In this document: positions 63,732 through 64,000 of the stretch, piece by piece
How positions within the stretch are numbered: the first letter of the stretch is position 1
Layout of the letters: each line of letters starts with the position of its first letter
NCBI RefSeq assembly: GCF_006345805.1
Contig: NC_043007.1
Span: 39,804,001 to 39,868,000 of the forward strand
DNA: 64,000 bases
Source of the DNA: Octopus sinensis
Taxonomy: Eukaryota
Reading direction: 5' to 3'
Translations under genes and position numbers: made by a program
Notes under the pieces: model-generated
Databases searched by the model: none
Told to the model about the DNA's origin: nothing
Seen by the model: the letters and a program-made list of their open reading frames with translations, nothing else

Positions 63732-64000
63732 AGAGTGGATGCGAGATAGAAAGGAAGAGAGAAAGTTACGTAGAAATTATATAAAGTTTTCGCATGTGTG
63801 CTTATTATAGAAAGACTATAAATACATATGTGCATGCACAGACAAACACATTCTTCCCCCACACATATATATATATATATATAATATATATACACTCATA
63901 TATATACATAAATTTGGAAGAGTTTTATAGGTGTTAAAAGCATGTGTTGATGGTTAGAGCCTTCACGGAATGGGTATGCTGGTGTGGTTGTGGTTGTGGA

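Overview
Eukaryotic, AT-rich and extremely microsatellite- and transposon-dense DNA. The SINE, Helitron and LINE families look like those of Octopus (coleoid cephalopod); this is from recall, not a database search. The window is essentially intronic or intergenic, with one 100-N assembly gap. Almost all ORFs in the supplied track are microsatellite translation artefacts. Recognisable content: (1) three tRNA-derived SINE families, here called A, B and C, in about 40 copies; (2) decayed LINE fragments of R4/Dong, RTE and L1/Tx1 type; (3) decayed mariner and maT (DD37D-like) transposases; (4) pogo/Tc1, hAT and piggyBac-type MITEs; (5) four non-autonomous Helitrons; (6) Penelope-like ends. The only host-gene evidence is two or three small candidate plus-strand exons (17020-17040, 29621-29687, 53194-53252) that splice in frame; no product is recognised. 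Most notable structures: two near-perfect 143-208 bp palindromes abutting (TA)n tracts; a (TAA)n-associated cluster of R4/Dong LINEs with a possible non-autonomous partner; an inverted duplication that preserves the empty site of a SINE insertion; a fold-back mariner; a modular multimeric SINE with a conserved hairpin; and a minimal hammerhead-like motif. No prokaryote-type system (CRISPR, operon) is supported.
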